Shown in pieces: positions 1 through 11,215 of a stretch of 30,913 bases of DNA (position 1 is its first letter; the number at the start of each line of letters is the position of its first letter). Position numbers and translations under genes: made by a program. The notes under the pieces are model-generated. The model saw only the letters and a program-made list of their open reading frames with translations. It was not told the DNA's origin and ran no database searches. The stretch is from Escherichia coli (lineage in GTDB: Bacteria; Pseudomonadota; Gammaproteobacteria; Enterobacterales; Enterobacteriaceae), in assembly GCF_003334355.1 (NCBI RefSeq), contig NZ_QOWP01000039.1; one strand, written 5' to 3'.

Positions 1-2
1 TG

Positions 3-116
3 AATCTGAGGCAGCACCTGGCACGGCTGGGACGGAAGTCGCTGTCGTTCTCAAAATCGGTGGAGCTGCATGACAAAGTCATCGGGCATTATCTGAACAT
101 AAAACACTATCAATAA
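3..116 (+). CDS. 3' end of an unidentified CDS running in from the left edge (open frame, 37 codons, TAA at 114-116)
   Basis: Frame is open from the window edge to TAA at 114-116 (translation ...[37 protein letters not shown]). No start is visible and I do not recognise the protein; it could be a gene tail or a chance open frame. Confidence 0.25.
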
Positions 117-670
117 GTTGGAGTCATTACCCTATTTGCGAATCATTATCCAGTTTATCAAATTCAACTATCTTTGCACGATGTGTTTTATCAACCTTGC
201 CATGGTGTTGATGACTGTTAACTTTATCTGAATGCTTATCTTGATGGCTTGAAGAGATGTTTCTAATCTGATTGTCAATTGCTTTCATAAATAACCTGTG
301 ATATTTTTGAATTGTTTGTAACAAAATAAATGATACTTGTCTGAAAAACAGATTTACGACGATATAAAATAATAATACTTATATGTTCGCTGATTTTAAG
401 CACCGAGACTATCCGGTCTTTTACCAAATAATGAAGAATAATCCCTCCCTGGAAGATAATTGTAAAAAACAACAGCATAAGAATTAATCTTAGGATAAAT
501 TTTTATTTATCATGGCCTTTTGAACGCTGAAAAGTAGCGCTCTGCAAAGTAAACCCCGCTATAGTTATGCTATGCATTTGTCTTTAATGATATCTCGTCA
601 TTATATTAACAGGATGAAATTATCATTAATGCATATTTCAATATTAGCAGGGATACCTGAGGAGTTTAAA

Positions 671-1723
671 GTGAACATATATATCGGGTGGCTTTTCAAA
701 TTAATCCCTTTGATTATGGGCTTAATTTGTATCGCGTTAGGTGGCTTTGTGCTGGAAAGTTCAGGGCAAAGCGAGTATTTCGTCGCGGGTCATGTGCTGA
801 TTTCTCTGGCGGCCATATGCCTGGCATTATTCACTACCGCATTTATTATCATTTCGCAGCTCACGCGCGGCGTTAATACGTTTTACAATACATTGTTCCC
901 CATTATTGGCTATGCGGGGTCAATTATCACCATGATATGGGGTTGGGCACTGTTAGCAGGCAATGATGTGATGGCAGACGAGTTTGTCGCCGGCCATGTT
1001 ATTTTCGGCGTTGGTATGATTGCCGCCTGTGTATCGACGGTGGCAGCGTCATCCGGTCACTTTCTGCTCATTCCCAAAAATGCAGCGGGGAGCAAGAGCG
1101 ACGGAACACCGGTACAGGCTTATTCTTCATTAATCGGTAACTGCCTCATTGCCGTTCCCGTTTTACTCACCCTGCTCGGTTTCATTTGGTCTATTACGCT
1201 GTTACGTAGTGCTGACATAACTCCGCATTATGTCGCGGGTCACGTATTGCTTGGGTTAACCGCAATCTGTGCCTGTCTAATTGGCCTTGTTGCCACAATT
1301 GTCCATCAAACACGTAATACGTTTTCAACTAAAGAACACTGGCTGTGGTGTTATTGGGTTATTTTTCTCGGCTCAATCACGGTACTGCAGGGGATATACG
1401 TCTTAGTCAGTTCCGATGCAAGCGCCCGACTGGCTCCCGGCATTATTCTTATTTGCCTCGGAATGATCTGTTACAGCATATTCTCAAAAGTCTGGCTACT
1501 GGCACTGGTATGGAGACGTACCTGTTCGTTAGCCAACAGAATACCGATGATTCCCGTCTTCACCTGCCTGTTTTGCCTTTTCCTGGCATCGTTTCTTGCG
1601 GAAATGGCGCAGACCGACATGGGATATTTTATTCCTTCGCGAGTTCTGGTCGGTTTGGGAGCGGTATGCTTTACGTTGTTCTCAATCGTTTCAATATTAG
1701 AAGCGGGTTCTGCTAAAAAATAA
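671..1723 (+). CDS. yhiM: Inner membrane protein YhiM (350 aa, multi-pass, acid-resistance associated)
   Basis: The 572..1723 ORF matches my recollection of YhiM. I place the start at GTG 671, preceded by GGAG at 661-664, which gives 350 aa; the longer ATG-started N-terminal extension is AT-rich and atypical. The protein is strongly hydrophobic with a repeated FVAGHV motif. Confidence 0.8.
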   Translation: MNIYIGWLFKLIPLIMGLICIALGGFVLESSGQSEYFVAGHVLISLAAICLALFTTAFIIISQLTRGVNTFYNTLFPIIGYAGSIITMIWGWALLAGNDVMADEFVAGHVIFGVGMIAACVSTVAASSGHFLLIPKNAAGSKSDGTPVQAYSSLIGNCLIAVPVLLTLLGFIWSITLLRSADITPHYVAGHVLLGLTAICACLIGLVATIVHQTRNTFSTKEHWLWCYWVIFLGSITVLQGIYVLVSSDASARLAPGIILICLGMICYSIFSKVWLLALVWRRTCSLANRIPMIPVFTCLFCLFLASFLAEMAQTDMGYFIPSRVLVGLGAVCFTLFSIVSILEAGSAKK

Positions 1724-1741
1724 TTGCAACGTACCGGATAA

Positions 1742-1777
1742 AACCAGCGTTGACCATTTGCGTAACGCTGGTTTTTC
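1742..1777 (+). terminator. Rho-independent terminator downstream of yhiM
   Basis: Stem accagcgtt / aacgctggt with about a 12-nt loop, followed by tttttctt, starting about 19 nt after the yhiM stop. Confidence 0.5.
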
Positions 1778-2037
1778 TTAGGCATCATGAAATAACGCAG
1801 CATTAATGCATAGTGGTTAAGTATAAAAAACAGCAAAGTTACTGTTTTTTTCAACCTGTTCATATTTCATAAAGATCTGGCCACTGGGTGAGTTTTCAAT
1901 CACCTTTCCATCCACCTTATATTAAGCATGGAGGGTTTCAGTTCACGGGCTCATTAGAAAATAATCACAAGATAACCACTATCAAAATTAGCTCATTTTT
2001 AATGCGACTCTAATAATTTTCATCTTTAGGAAATAGG

Positions 2038-3240
2038 TCAGGACGACTTTGCTGCAATCAAATCCTGCGCACAAGCCCACGCACTCGACCACGCCCACTG
2101 GAAGTTATAGCCCCCCAGCCAGCCGGTGACGTCCATCACTTCGCCGATGAAGTACAGCCCAGGCACTTTGCGCGCTTCCATCGTCCGTGAAGAGAGTTCG
2201 TTGGTGTCCACGCCGCCGAGCGTCACTTCGGCAGTGCGATAGCCTTCAGTGCCGTTGGGTTGTACGCGCCAGTCGGTCAATGTGCTAATCAGTGCCTGTT
2301 GGTCACGCACGTTGAGCTGTTTTAGCGAAACATCCGGGATTTGCCCGAGTTGCTGTAAGCGTTCAACCAACCGCTTCGGTAGATGAACCGCCAGTGTGTT
2401 TTTCAGGCTCTGATTCGGATGTGCGTTACGCTGCTCATTCAGGAAGGTTTCGAGGTCCACATCCGGTAGCAGATTGATACTGACAAATTCACCCGGTTGC
2501 CAGTAGCTGGAAATCTGCAACACCGCCGGTCCAGATAAGCCGCGGTGGGTGAAGAGTAAGTTCTCACGGAAAACGGTGCCGTTTTCAGCGGTAATCACGG
2601 AAGGCACCGCCACGCCCGCCAGCACCTGTAACTCTTCGAGCAACGGTTTATGCAGAGTGAATGGCACCAGACCCGCACGGGTCGGCAGCACGTTGAGGCC
2701 AAATTGTTCGGCAATCTTATAACCAAACGGCGACGCGCCCAGCCCCGGCATTGACAGCCCACCGGTCGCGATGACCAGCTTTTCGCAACCGACAGTCATG
2801 CCGTTTAGATCAAGCGTGAAGCCTGTTTCATCCTTCGCCACACTCAGCACTTCGCTACGCAATCTGAAGGTCACATTGCCCTTCTCGCACTCATCCACCA
2901 GCATGTTGACAATCTGCTGCGCGGAGTCATCGCAGAAGAGTTGCCCTAACGTTTTCTCGTGCCATGCGATGCCGTGTTTATTGACCAGATCAATGAAATC
3001 CCACTGGGTAAAACGCGCGAGTGCAGACTTACAAAAATGCGGATTCTGGCTCAGATAAGCGCCTGGTTCGACATAAAGGTTGGTAAAGTTGCAGCGCCCA
3101 CCGCCAGACATAAGGATTTTGCGCCCTGGTTTTTTACCATTATCGATCAGCAGAACCCGGCGTCCTGCCTGACCTGCCAGCGCAGAACAGAACATACCCG
3201 CCGCACCAGCGCCTATAATAATGGCATCAAACCTTTCCAC
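2038..3240 (-). CDS. yhiN: NAD(P)/FAD-dependent oxidoreductase YhiN (HI0933 family flavoprotein, 400 aa)
   Basis: Full-length 400-aa ORF with N-terminal dinucleotide-binding motif DAIIIGAGAAG; I recognise it as YhiN. Confidence 0.9.
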   Translation of the reverse strand: MERFDAIIIGAGAAGMFCSALAGQAGRRVLLIDNGKKPGRKILMSGGGRCNFTNLYVEPGAYLSQNPHFCKSALARFTQWDFIDLVNKHGIAWHEKTLGQLFCDDSAQQIVNMLVDECEKGNVTFRLRSEVLSVAKDETGFTLDLNGMTVGCEKLVIATGGLSMPGLGASPFGYKIAEQFGLNVLPTRAGLVPFTLHKPLLEELQVLAGVAVPSVITAENGTVFRENLLFTHRGLSGPAVLQISSYWQPGEFVSINLLPDVDLETFLNEQRNAHPNQSLKNTLAVHLPKRLVERLQQLGQIPDVSLKQLNVRDQQALISTLTDWRVQPNGTEGYRTAEVTLGGVDTNELSSRTMEARKVPGLYFIGEVMDVTGWLGGYNFQWAWSSAWACAQDLIAAKSS

Positions 3241-3471
3241 GTTGCGCTCCTCTTAGAAAAAACGGGCGTGAATTGTAAAGATTCCTCAGTGGTCGCACCA
3301 GCATCAATATTACTAAAAGGAAGTATTTGCCTGAATTATATAAGATAATTATTTTTTGAGTGAAATCCATACAGGAGGCAAATCAAAAAAAGTCTATATT
3401 TCACTTTGCCCGCGCCGCGAAAGTCACTGATAATGCGCCGCGTTCATGTCCTCAAAATGGCGTAACGTCCT

Positions 3472-4971
3472 ATGCTACATTTGTTTGCTGGCCTGGATTT
3501 GCATACCGGGCTGTTATTATTGCTTGCACTGGCTTTTGTGCTGTTCTACGAAGCCATCAATGGTTTCCATGACACAGCCAACGCCGTGGCAACCGTTATC
3601 TATACCCGCGCGATGCGTTCTCAGCTCGCCGTGGTTATGGCGGCGGTGTTCAACTTTTTGGGTGTTTTGCTGGGTGGTCTGAGTGTTGCCTATGCCATTG
3701 TGCATATGCTGCCGACGGATCTGCTGCTTAATATGGGATCGTCTCATGGCCTTGCCATGGTGTTCTCTATGTTGCTGGCGGCGATTATCTGGAACCTGGG
3801 TACCTGGTACTTTGGTTTACCTGCATCCAGCTCTCATACGCTGATTGGCGCGATCATCGGGATTGGTTTAACCAATGCGTTGATGACCGGGACGTCAGTG
3901 GTGGATGCACTCAATATCCCGAAAGTATTAAGTATTTTCGGTTCTCTGATCGTTTCCCCTATTGTCGGCCTGGTGTTTGCTGGCGGTCTGATTTTCTTGC
4001 TGCGTCGCTACTGGAGCGGCACCAAGAAACGCGCCCGTATCCACCTGACCCCAGCGGAGCGTGAAAAGAAAGACGGCAAGAAAAAGCCGCCATTCTGGAC
4101 GCGTATCGCGCTGATCCTTTCCGCTATCGGCGTGGCGTTTTCGCACGGCGCGAACGATGGTCAGAAAGGCATTGGTCTGGTTATGTTGGTATTGATTGGC
4201 GTCGCGCCAGCAGGCTTCGTGGTGAACATGAATGCCACTGGCTACGAAATCACCCGTACCCGTGATGCCATCAACAACGTCGAAGCTTACTTTGAGCAGC
4301 ATCCTGCGCTGCTCAAACAGGCTACCGGTGCTGATCAGTTAGTACCGGCTCCGGAAGCTGGCGCAACGCAACCTGCGGAGTTCCACTGCCATCCGTCGAA
4401 TACCATTAACGCGCTCAACCGCCTGAAAGGTATGTTGACCACCGATGTGGAAAGCTACGACAAGCTGTCGCTTGATCAACGTAGCCAGATGCGCCGCATT
4501 ATGCTGTGCGTTTCTGACACTATCGACAAAGTGGTGAAGATGCCTGGCGTGAGTGCTGACGATCAGCGCCTGTTGAAGAAACTGAAGTCCGACATGCTTA
4601 GCACCATCGAGTATGCACCGGTGTGGATCATCATGGCGGTCGCGCTGGCGTTAGGTATCGGTACGATGATTGGCTGGCGCCGTGTGGCAACGACTATCGG
4701 TGAGAAAATCGGTAAGAAAGGCATGACCTACGCTCAGGGGATGTCTGCCCAGATGACGGCGGCAGTGTCTATCGGCCTGGCGAGTTATACCGGGATGCCG
4801 GTTTCCACTACTCACGTACTCTCCTCTTCTGTCGCGGGGACGATGGTGGTAGATGGTGGCGGCTTACAGCGTAAAACCGTGACCAGCATTCTGATGGCCT
4901 GGGTGTTTACCCTTCCGGCTGCGGTACTGCTTTCCGGCGGGCTGTACTGGCTCTCCTTGCAGTTCCTGTAA
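3472..4971 (+). CDS. pitA: Low-affinity inorganic phosphate transporter PitA (499 aa)
   Basis: 499-aa polytopic membrane protein starting [13 protein letters not shown] and containing the PiT-family GxNDxxK-type motifs ([15 protein letters not shown]); recognised as PitA. Confidence 0.95.
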
Positions 4972-5038
4972 TCGTACGCACCAAAACGAGCGGGTCAGCT
5001 GGCCCGCTTCAGATTGTGACATAGTGCGCTTTGTTCAT

Positions 5039-5137
5039 GCCGGATGCGGCGTGAACGCCTTATCCGGCCTACAAAAACATGCAAATTCAATAGATTGCAG
5101 AGATTATGTAGGCCTGATAAGCGTAGCGCATCAGGCA
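5039..5137. repeat. REP/BIME element pair (two inverted REP units) downstream of pitA
   Basis: gccggatgcggcgtgaacgccttatccggcctaca at 5039-5073 and the inverted unit tgtaggcctgataagcgtagcgcatcaggca at 5107-5137 match the enterobacterial REP consensus as I recall it. Confidence 0.6.
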
Positions 5138-5161
5138 ATTTTGCGTTTGTAATCAGTCTCG

Positions 5162-5191
5162 AGCGGGTCAGTTTACTGGCCCGCTTTTTTT
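5162..5191 (+). terminator. Rho-independent terminator (pitA side) next to the uspB 3' end
   Basis: Stem agcgggtcag / ctggcccgct (one G-U pair) with loop ttta, followed by a 7-T run. A near-identical stem without the T-run sits at 4988-5008. Confidence 0.5.
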
Positions 5192-5214
5192 ATGCGTTAT
5201 TATTGCTGAAGTGC

Positions 5215-5550
5215 TTAATGCCAAATCATCAATGCAATCAGGCTGACCACCACCAGACCACACAATGCGCTGGTCAGAATAAACTGCCGACGCACCCGCT
5301 CACAGCGGCGAATAAATTCATCATCGTGATGATCGCGATAACGTTGGGCATAGATATACCAAACGAGACGCACCTGTTTGTTGGGTTGGCCATGTGAGGT
5401 AAAAAAGCCCCCTCCATCAACATATTGATAGAGCAATGGATCGCAGTTACGCAGTACCACTAACAACGCGCGTAGTGATGAGAAATAGCGCGCCATGTTA
5501 ACAATGCAAACGACACATAAAGCCCAAAATAATGCGACGGTGCTTATCAT
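5215..5550 (-). CDS. uspB: Universal stress protein B (111 aa, small membrane protein)
   Basis: 111-aa ORF starting [23 protein letters not shown]; recognised as UspB, divergent from uspA. Confidence 0.9.
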
Positions 5551-5777
5551 ACCTCCTCCCCGGCGACCTGCCCGCGGAGTTCCACCCCGGGGCTACCGCT
5601 CCCGATACGCTGCCAATCAGTTAACACCAGGTCCTGGAGAAACCGCTTTTGTGGTGACCAACATCCGAGCGGCTCTATAGATAGTGTAGGAGATCAGGTT
5701 GTTTTTTTTCCAGAAGGTTAACCACTATCAATATATTCATGTCGAAAATTTGTTTATCTAACGGGTAAGCAAGGCGG

Positions 5778-5805
5778 ATTGACGGATCATCCGGGTCGCT
5801 ATAAG
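5778..5805 (+). promoter_or_regulatory. Candidate sigma70 promoter of uspA
   Basis: TTGACG at 5778-5783, then a 15-17 nt spacer and tataaggt (-10-like) at 5799-5806, about 135 nt upstream of the uspA ATG. Position only; not verified. Confidence 0.3.
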
Positions 5806-5940
5806 GTAAGGATGGTCTTAACACTGAATCTTTACGGCTGGGTTAGCCCCGCGCACGTAGTTCGCAGGACGCGGGTGACGTAACGGCACAAGAAACGCTA
5901 GCTGGCCAGTCATCGACAACTTTATGGAAGGAGTAACACT

Positions 5941-6375
5941 ATGGCTTATAAACACATTCTCATCGCGGTCGATCTCTCCCCGGAAAGCAAAGTTCTGGTA
6001 GAGAAAGCAGTCTCTATGGCTCGCCCCTACAATGCGAAAGTTTCTCTGATCCACGTAGATGTAAACTACTCTGACCTATACACCGGGCTTATTGATGTGA
6101 ATCTGGGTGATATGCAGAAACGCATCTCAGAAGAGACACATCATGCGCTGACCGAGCTTTCCACTAATGCAGGCTACCCAATCACTGAAACCCTGAGCGG
6201 CAGCGGCGACCTGGGCCAAGTTCTGGTCGATGCAATCAAGAAATACGATATGGATCTGGTGGTTTGTGGTCACCACCAGGACTTCTGGAGCAAACTGATG
6301 TCTTCCGCACGTCAGCTGATCAACACCGTTCACGTTGATATGCTGATTGTTCCGCTGCGCGACGAAGAAGAATAA
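5941..6375 (+). CDS. uspA: Universal stress protein A (144 aa)
   Basis: 144-aa [27 protein letters not shown]...; recognised as UspA. GGAG RBS at 5929-5932. Confidence 0.95.
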
Positions 6376-6401
6376 TCTTCCCTCTACGACGTGTTCCTGA
6401 A

Positions 6402-6431
6402 CGCCCGCATATGCGGGCGTTTTGCTTTTTG
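6402..6431 (+). terminator. Rho-independent terminator of uspA
   Basis: Perfect stem cgcccgcat / atgcgggcg followed by ttttgcttttt. Confidence 0.6.
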
Positions 6432-6692
6432 GCGCGCCTTGTTACCTGATCCAGCGTAAACACCTTATCTGGCCTACGGTCTGCGTTCGCAATCAAAATC
6501 CCCAGCCAATACAATATTTAACACCATCATATTTTCCATCATTAGTGTGATCAGCTGGTTATTTTCTGTTGTAATAGTGTATTAATCTATTCACCGCATC
6601 AATATTAAGAATCTCTGACAGATGTAAACTTTTTCGCGCGTTATCCCTTACGCGTTCATACTTTTCAGGATGGTATTGGAAGGTTAATAAAT

Positions 6693-8162
6693 ATGAATAC
6701 AACAACACCCATGGGGATGCTGCAGCAACCTCGCCCATTTTTCATGATCTTTTTTGTCGAGTTATGGGAGCGATTCGGCTACTACGGCGTGCAGGGCGTA
6801 CTGGCGGTTTTCTTCGTTAAACAGCTTGGATTCTCGCAAGAGCAGGCTTTTGTCACTTTTGGTGCTTTTGCTGCGCTGGTCTATGGCCTCATTTCCATTG
6901 GCGGCTATGTCGGCGACCACCTGCTGGGGACCAAACGCACCATTGTTCTTGGTGCACTTGTGCTGGCGATTGGCTACTTCATGACCGGCATGTCGCTACT
7001 TAAGCCTGACCTGATTTTCATCGCCCTGGGGACTATCGCTGTAGGTAACGGCCTGTTTAAAGCTAACCCAGCCAGCTTGCTTTCGAAGTGCTATCCGCCG
7101 AAAGATCCGCGGCTTGATGGCGCATTCACCCTGTTCTATATGTCGATCAACATCGGCTCGTTGATAGCGTTATCGCTGGCCCCTGTGATCGCTGATAGAT
7201 TCGGTTATTCAGTCACCTACAACCTGTGCGGGGCGGGGTTAATTATCGCATTACTGGTTTACATCGCCTGTCGTGGAATGGTGAAAGACATTGGTTCTGA
7301 ACCCGACTTCCGGCCAATGAGCTTCAGCAAACTGTTGTACGTGTTACTTGGCAGCGTGGTGATGATCTTCGTATGCGCATGGCTGATGCACAACGTAGAA
7401 GTCGCCAATCTGGTGCTGATTGTTCTCTCCATCGTCGTCACCATCATCTTCTTTCGTCAGGCATTCAAGCTGGATAAAACCGGGCGCAATAAAATGTTTG
7501 TCGCCTTTGTCCTGATGCTCGAAGCGGTGGTGTTTTACATTCTCTACGCCCAGATGCCAACATCGCTGAACTTCTTTGCCATCAACAACGTGCATCATGA
7601 AATTCTCGGTTTTTCCATCAACCCGGTCAGCTTCCAGGCGCTTAACCCGTTCTGGGTGGTACTCGCCAGCCCAATACTGGCAGGCATTTACACGCATCTG
7701 GGTAACAAAGGCAAAGACCTCTCGATGCCGATGAAATTTACTCTCGGCATGTTTATGTGCTCACTGGGCTTTTTGACGGCGGCAGCTGCGGGAATGTGGT
7801 TTGCGGATGCACAAGGGCTGACATCGCCATGGTTTATCGTGCTGGTGTACTTATTCCAGAGCTTAGGTGAACTGTTTATTAGCGCCCTTGGCCTGGCGAT
7901 GATTGCTGCCCTGGTGCCGCAGCATTTGATGGGCTTTATTCTCGGGATGTGGTTCCTGACGCAGGCTGCCGCGTTCTTGCTGGGCGGCTATGTGGCAACA
8001 TTTACCGCGGTGCCGGACAACATTACCGATCCGCTTGAGACGTTGCCCGTCTATACCAACGTGTTTGGTAAGATTGGTCTGGTCACGCTGGGCGTTGCAG
8101 TAGTGATGCTGTTGATGGTGCCGTGGCTGAAACGCATGATTGCGACGCCGGAAAGTCATTAA
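6693..8162 (+). CDS. dtpB: Dipeptide/tripeptide:H+ symporter DtpB (POT/PTR2 family, 489 aa)
   Basis: 489-aa MFS/POT-type membrane protein with the ERFGYYG signature near the N-terminus; recognised as DtpB (YhiP). Confidence 0.95.
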
Positions 8163-8178
8163 TTATTCTTGCAGAAAG

Positions 8179-8210
8179 CAGGGTAGCGTTATCGCTACCC
8201 TGTTTTAGTT
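8179..8210. terminator. Bidirectional hairpin terminator between convergent dtpB and rsmJ
   Basis: Stem cagggtagcg / cgctaccctg with loop ttat, T-rich on the + side (ttttagtttt) and a weaker T-rich context on the - side (rc of gcagaaag). Confidence 0.5.
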
Positions 8211-8963
8211 TTACACTGGCGTACCTGCATAGATATCAAAGCGATGCCCTTTAGTGACTACCGCGTTTGGCGTGGCGACATTCGCCAGCGGTGGCGCGTA
8301 GTCCGGGCGCTTTACCACCACGCGTTTGGTCGCCAGCAAGCGTGCAGGCTCCAGTAATCCATCGGCATCAAGATCCGGTCCCACCAGCGACTGAAAGACA
8401 CGCATCTCTTTTTTCACTAGCGCGCTTTTCTGCTTATGCGGGAACATCGGGTCGAGATAAACCACCTGCGGGCGCGGGGTAATATCAGTCAGCGCCGTCA
8501 GGCTGGAGGCGTGAATTAACTGCAACCGCTCCTGCAACCAGCCGCCGATTTCCGCATCCGCATAACCACGCGCCAGGCCGTCGTCGAGTAGCGCGGCAAC
8601 CACTGGATTACGCTCCAGCATCCGCACGCGGCAGCCGACTGAAGCCAGTACAAAGGCATCGCGCCCAAGTCCTGCAGTGGCATCCACCACATCCGGCAAA
8701 TAATCGCCTTTAATGCCCACCGCTTTCGCCACCGCCTCACCGCGACCACCGCCGAATATGCGTCGGTGCGCCATCGCTCCGCCAACAAAATCAACAAAGA
8801 TGCCGCCAAGTTTTGGCTCATCACGCTTGCGCAATTCCAGATGTTCCGGCGTTAACACCAGCGCCATCAGGTTGTCTTCATCGTGCTCCAGCCCCCAGCG
8901 GGCCGCCAGAACAGATAAGGCACCGTCTCCGGTGCCTGTTTCATCAATTAAGCAGATTTTCAC
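8211..8963 (-). CDS. rsmJ: 16S rRNA (guanine1516-N2)-methyltransferase RsmJ (250 aa)
   Basis: Recognised as RsmJ (YhiQ). The six-frame ORF extends to 9068, but I place the start at GTG 8963 (protein [17 protein letters not shown]..., 250 aa); its stop-to-start gap with prlC is only 7 nt. Confidence 0.85.
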   Translation of the reverse strand: MKICLIDETGTGDGALSVLAARWGLEHDEDNLMALVLTPEHLELRKRDEPKLGGIFVDFVGGAMAHRRIFGGGRGEAVAKAVGIKGDYLPDVVDATAGLGRDAFVLASVGCRVRMLERNPVVAALLDDGLARGYADAEIGGWLQERLQLIHASSLTALTDITPRPQVVYLDPMFPHKQKSALVKKEMRVFQSLVGPDLDADGLLEPARLLATKRVVVKRPDYAPPLANVATPNAVVTKGHRFDIYAGTPV

Positions 8964-8970
8964 TGAATGA

Positions 8971-11013
8971 TCAGCCCTTAATGCCGTAATGCTCCAGCAT
9001 CGCATCCAGCTGCGGTTCACGACCACGGAAGCGTTTGAACAGATCCATCGGCTCTTCTGAACCGCCACGGCTCAGAATGTTGTCGAGGAACGACTGCCCG
9101 GTTTCACGGTTGAAAATGCCCTCTTCCTCAAAGCGCGAGAAAGCATCTGCCGCCAGTACGTCAGCCCACAGGTAGCTGTAGTAACCTGCGGCATAACCAC
9201 CGGCGAAAATATGGCTGAAAGCGTGCGGGAAACGGCCCCAGGACGGAGATGGCACCACGGCAACCAGTTTCTTGATTTCTGCCAGAGTTTCGAGGATTTT
9301 TGCCCCCTGATCCGGGCGGAACTCGGCATGAAGGCGGAAATCAAACAGGCCGAACTCCAGCTGACGCAGAATAAACAGCGCCGCCTGGTAGTTCTTCGCC
9401 GCCAGCATTTTATCCAGCAACTCTTTCGGCAGCGGTTCGCCGGTTTCATAGTGACCAGAGATAAACGCCAGCGCCTCCGGCTCCCAGCACCAGTTTTCCA
9501 TAAACTGACTCGGCAGTTCGACCGCATCCCACGGCACACCGCTGATACCGGAAACACCAGCGGTTTCGATGCGGGTCAGCATATGGTGCAGGCCGTGACC
9601 GAACTCGTGGAAGAGGGTGATCACTTCGTCGTGAGTGAACAGCGCCGGTTTACCATTTACCGGGCGGTTGAAGTTACAAGTCAAATACGCGACCGGTTTT
9701 TGCAAAGAACCATCAGCTTTACGCATCTGGCCTACGCAGTCATCCATCCACGCCCCGCCGCGCTTGTTTTCACGGGCATACAGATCGAGGTAGAAGCTAC
9801 CGCGCAGTTCGTTATTTTCGTCATACAGTTCGAAGAAACGTACATCCGGATGCCAGACATCAACATCTTTACGCTCTTTAGCGGTGATGCCGTAAATACG
9901 CTTAACCACTTCAAACAGGCCGTTAACCGCTTTGTTTTCCGGGAAGTACGGACGCAGCTGTTCGTCACTGATGCTGTAGAGGTGCTGTTTTTGTTTTTCG
10001 CTGTAGTAAGCGATATCCCACGGCTGCAACTCATCGACGCCAAATTCGGCTTTGGCAAAGGCACGCAATTGCGCCAGCTCTTTTTCGCCTTGTGGACGCG
10101 CGCGTTTTGCCAGATCGGTTAAGAAATCCAGCACCTGCTGCGGGTTTTCTGCCATTTTAGTGGCAAGGGATTTAAAGGCGTAGTTTTCAAAGCCCAGCAG
10201 TTGCGCCAGTTCGTGACGCAGCGCGAGGATCTCTTCCATCACCTTGCTGTTATCCCATTTACCGGCGTTTGGGCCTTGATCGGAGGCGCGGGTGCTGTAA
10301 GCGCGATACATCTCTTCACGCAGAGCCTGGTTGTCGCAGTAGGTCATTACCGGCAAGTAGCTTGGGATATCCAGCGTCAGCAAATAACCTTCCAGCTCTT
10401 TCGCTTCGGCCTGGGCTTTTGCCGCAGCCAGCGCGCTTTCTGGCATCCCCGCCAGCTCCGCTTCGTCGGTAACGAGTTTGGTCCAGCCCATTGTCGCATC
10501 GAGGACGTTGTTGCTGTACTGGTTGCCCAGTTCAGAAAGACGGGTCGCAATTTCGCCGTAACGCTGCTGTTTCTCTTTCGGCAGACCTATGCCAGAGAGT
10601 TCAAAGTCGCGCAGTGCGTTATCAACCGCTTTCTTCTGCGCCGTGTTCAGCGTGGCGTAATGATCGCCATCGCGCAGGTCGCGATACGCTTTATACAGCC
10701 CTTCATGTTGCCCTACCCAGGTGCTGTATTCCGACAGCAGCGGCAGGGTTTGTTCGTAGGCTTCACGCAGTTCCGGGCTATTTTTCACCGAGTTCAGGTG
10801 GCTGACCGGGGAGAAGATACGCCCCAACACATCGTCCACTTCCGCCAGCGGCTGGCAGAGATTTTCCCAGGTGTACGGTGCCCCTTGCGCTACTACGCGC
10901 TCCACGTTTTCGCGGCAGTCGTTCAATGCCTTAGTCACGGCTGGAACGACATGTTCCGGGAGAATTTTAGAAAACGGAGGCAATTCAAAGGGAGTCAGTA
11001 ACGGATTCGTCAT
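8971..11013 (-). CDS. prlC: Oligopeptidase A (M3 family zinc metallopeptidase, 680 aa)
   Basis: Starts [17 protein letters not shown] at ATG 11013 (the six-frame ORF has 13 extra upstream codons). HEFGH zinc-binding motif present; recognised as PrlC/OpdA. Confidence 0.9.
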   Translation of the reverse strand: MTNPLLTPFELPPFSKILPEHVVPAVTKALNDCRENVERVVAQGAPYTWENLCQPLAEVDDVLGRIFSPVSHLNSVKNSPELREAYEQTLPLLSEYSTWVGQHEGLYKAYRDLRDGDHYATLNTAQKKAVDNALRDFELSGIGLPKEKQQRYGEIATRLSELGNQYSNNVLDATMGWTKLVTDEAELAGMPESALAAAKAQAEAKELEGYLLTLDIPSYLPVMTYCDNQALREEMYRAYSTRASDQGPNAGKWDNSKVMEEILALRHELAQLLGFENYAFKSLATKMAENPQQVLDFLTDLAKRARPQGEKELAQLRAFAKAEFGVDELQPWDIAYYSEKQKQHLYSISDEQLRPYFPENKAVNGLFEVVKRIYGITAKERKDVDVWHPDVRFFELYDENNELRGSFYLDLYARENKRGGAWMDDCVGQMRKADGSLQKPVAYLTCNFNRPVNGKPALFTHDEVITLFHEFGHGLHHMLTRIETAGVSGISGVPWDAVELPSQFMENWCWEPEALAFISGHYETGEPLPKELLDKMLAAKNYQAALFILRQLEFGLFDFRLHAEFRPDQGAKILETLAEIKKLVAVVPSPSWGRFPHAFSHIFAGGYAAGYYSYLWADVLAADAFSRFEEEGIFNRETGQSFLDNILSRGGSEEPMDLFKRFRGREPQLDAMLEHYGIKG

Positions 11014-11075
11014 TCGCGCAGTCCTGGTTAAAGAGGTTAAGGAAGCGCTCAACAGGCGCTTTACATAATGTGTGT

Positions 11076-11104
11076 AGCATGGGGTTAAGTGTAGTGAATT
11101 TCAA
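11076..11104 (-). promoter_or_regulatory. Candidate sigma32 (heat-shock) promoter of prlC
   Basis: Read on the minus strand: TTGAAA (rc of 11099-11104), a 14-nt spacer, then CCCCATGCT (rc of 11076-11084). This matches the sigma32 consensus TTGAAA-N13-15-CCCCATnT and lies about 60 nt upstream of the prlC ATG; prlC is a known heat-shock gene. Confidence 0.5.
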
Positions 11105-11215
11105 TGAGAAACGTTACGCTTTCGCGGCGGCGGCCTCTTTTCGGTATACTGTCCTGATACGCTTTTGTGCGCCCCGAATACGGGCCGATTTTTACTTACC
11201 GGAACACCTTTACCC

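Noticed and set aside
3360-3747. Short ORFs overlapping the pitA start (3360..3572, 3446..3682, 3517..3747)
   Set aside because: They overlap the start of the confidently identified pitA in other frames or strands; chance ORFs.
6320-6514. 64-aa minus-strand ORF overlapping the uspA 3' end and terminator
   Set aside because: It overlaps the uspA terminator and REP-like sequence; Arg-rich translation typical of a shadow ORF.
9211-11001. 303-aa and 266-aa + strand ORFs inside prlC (9211..10122, 10201..11001)
   Set aside because: Antisense to the recognisable full-length prlC; no RBS or domain features; typical shadow ORFs.
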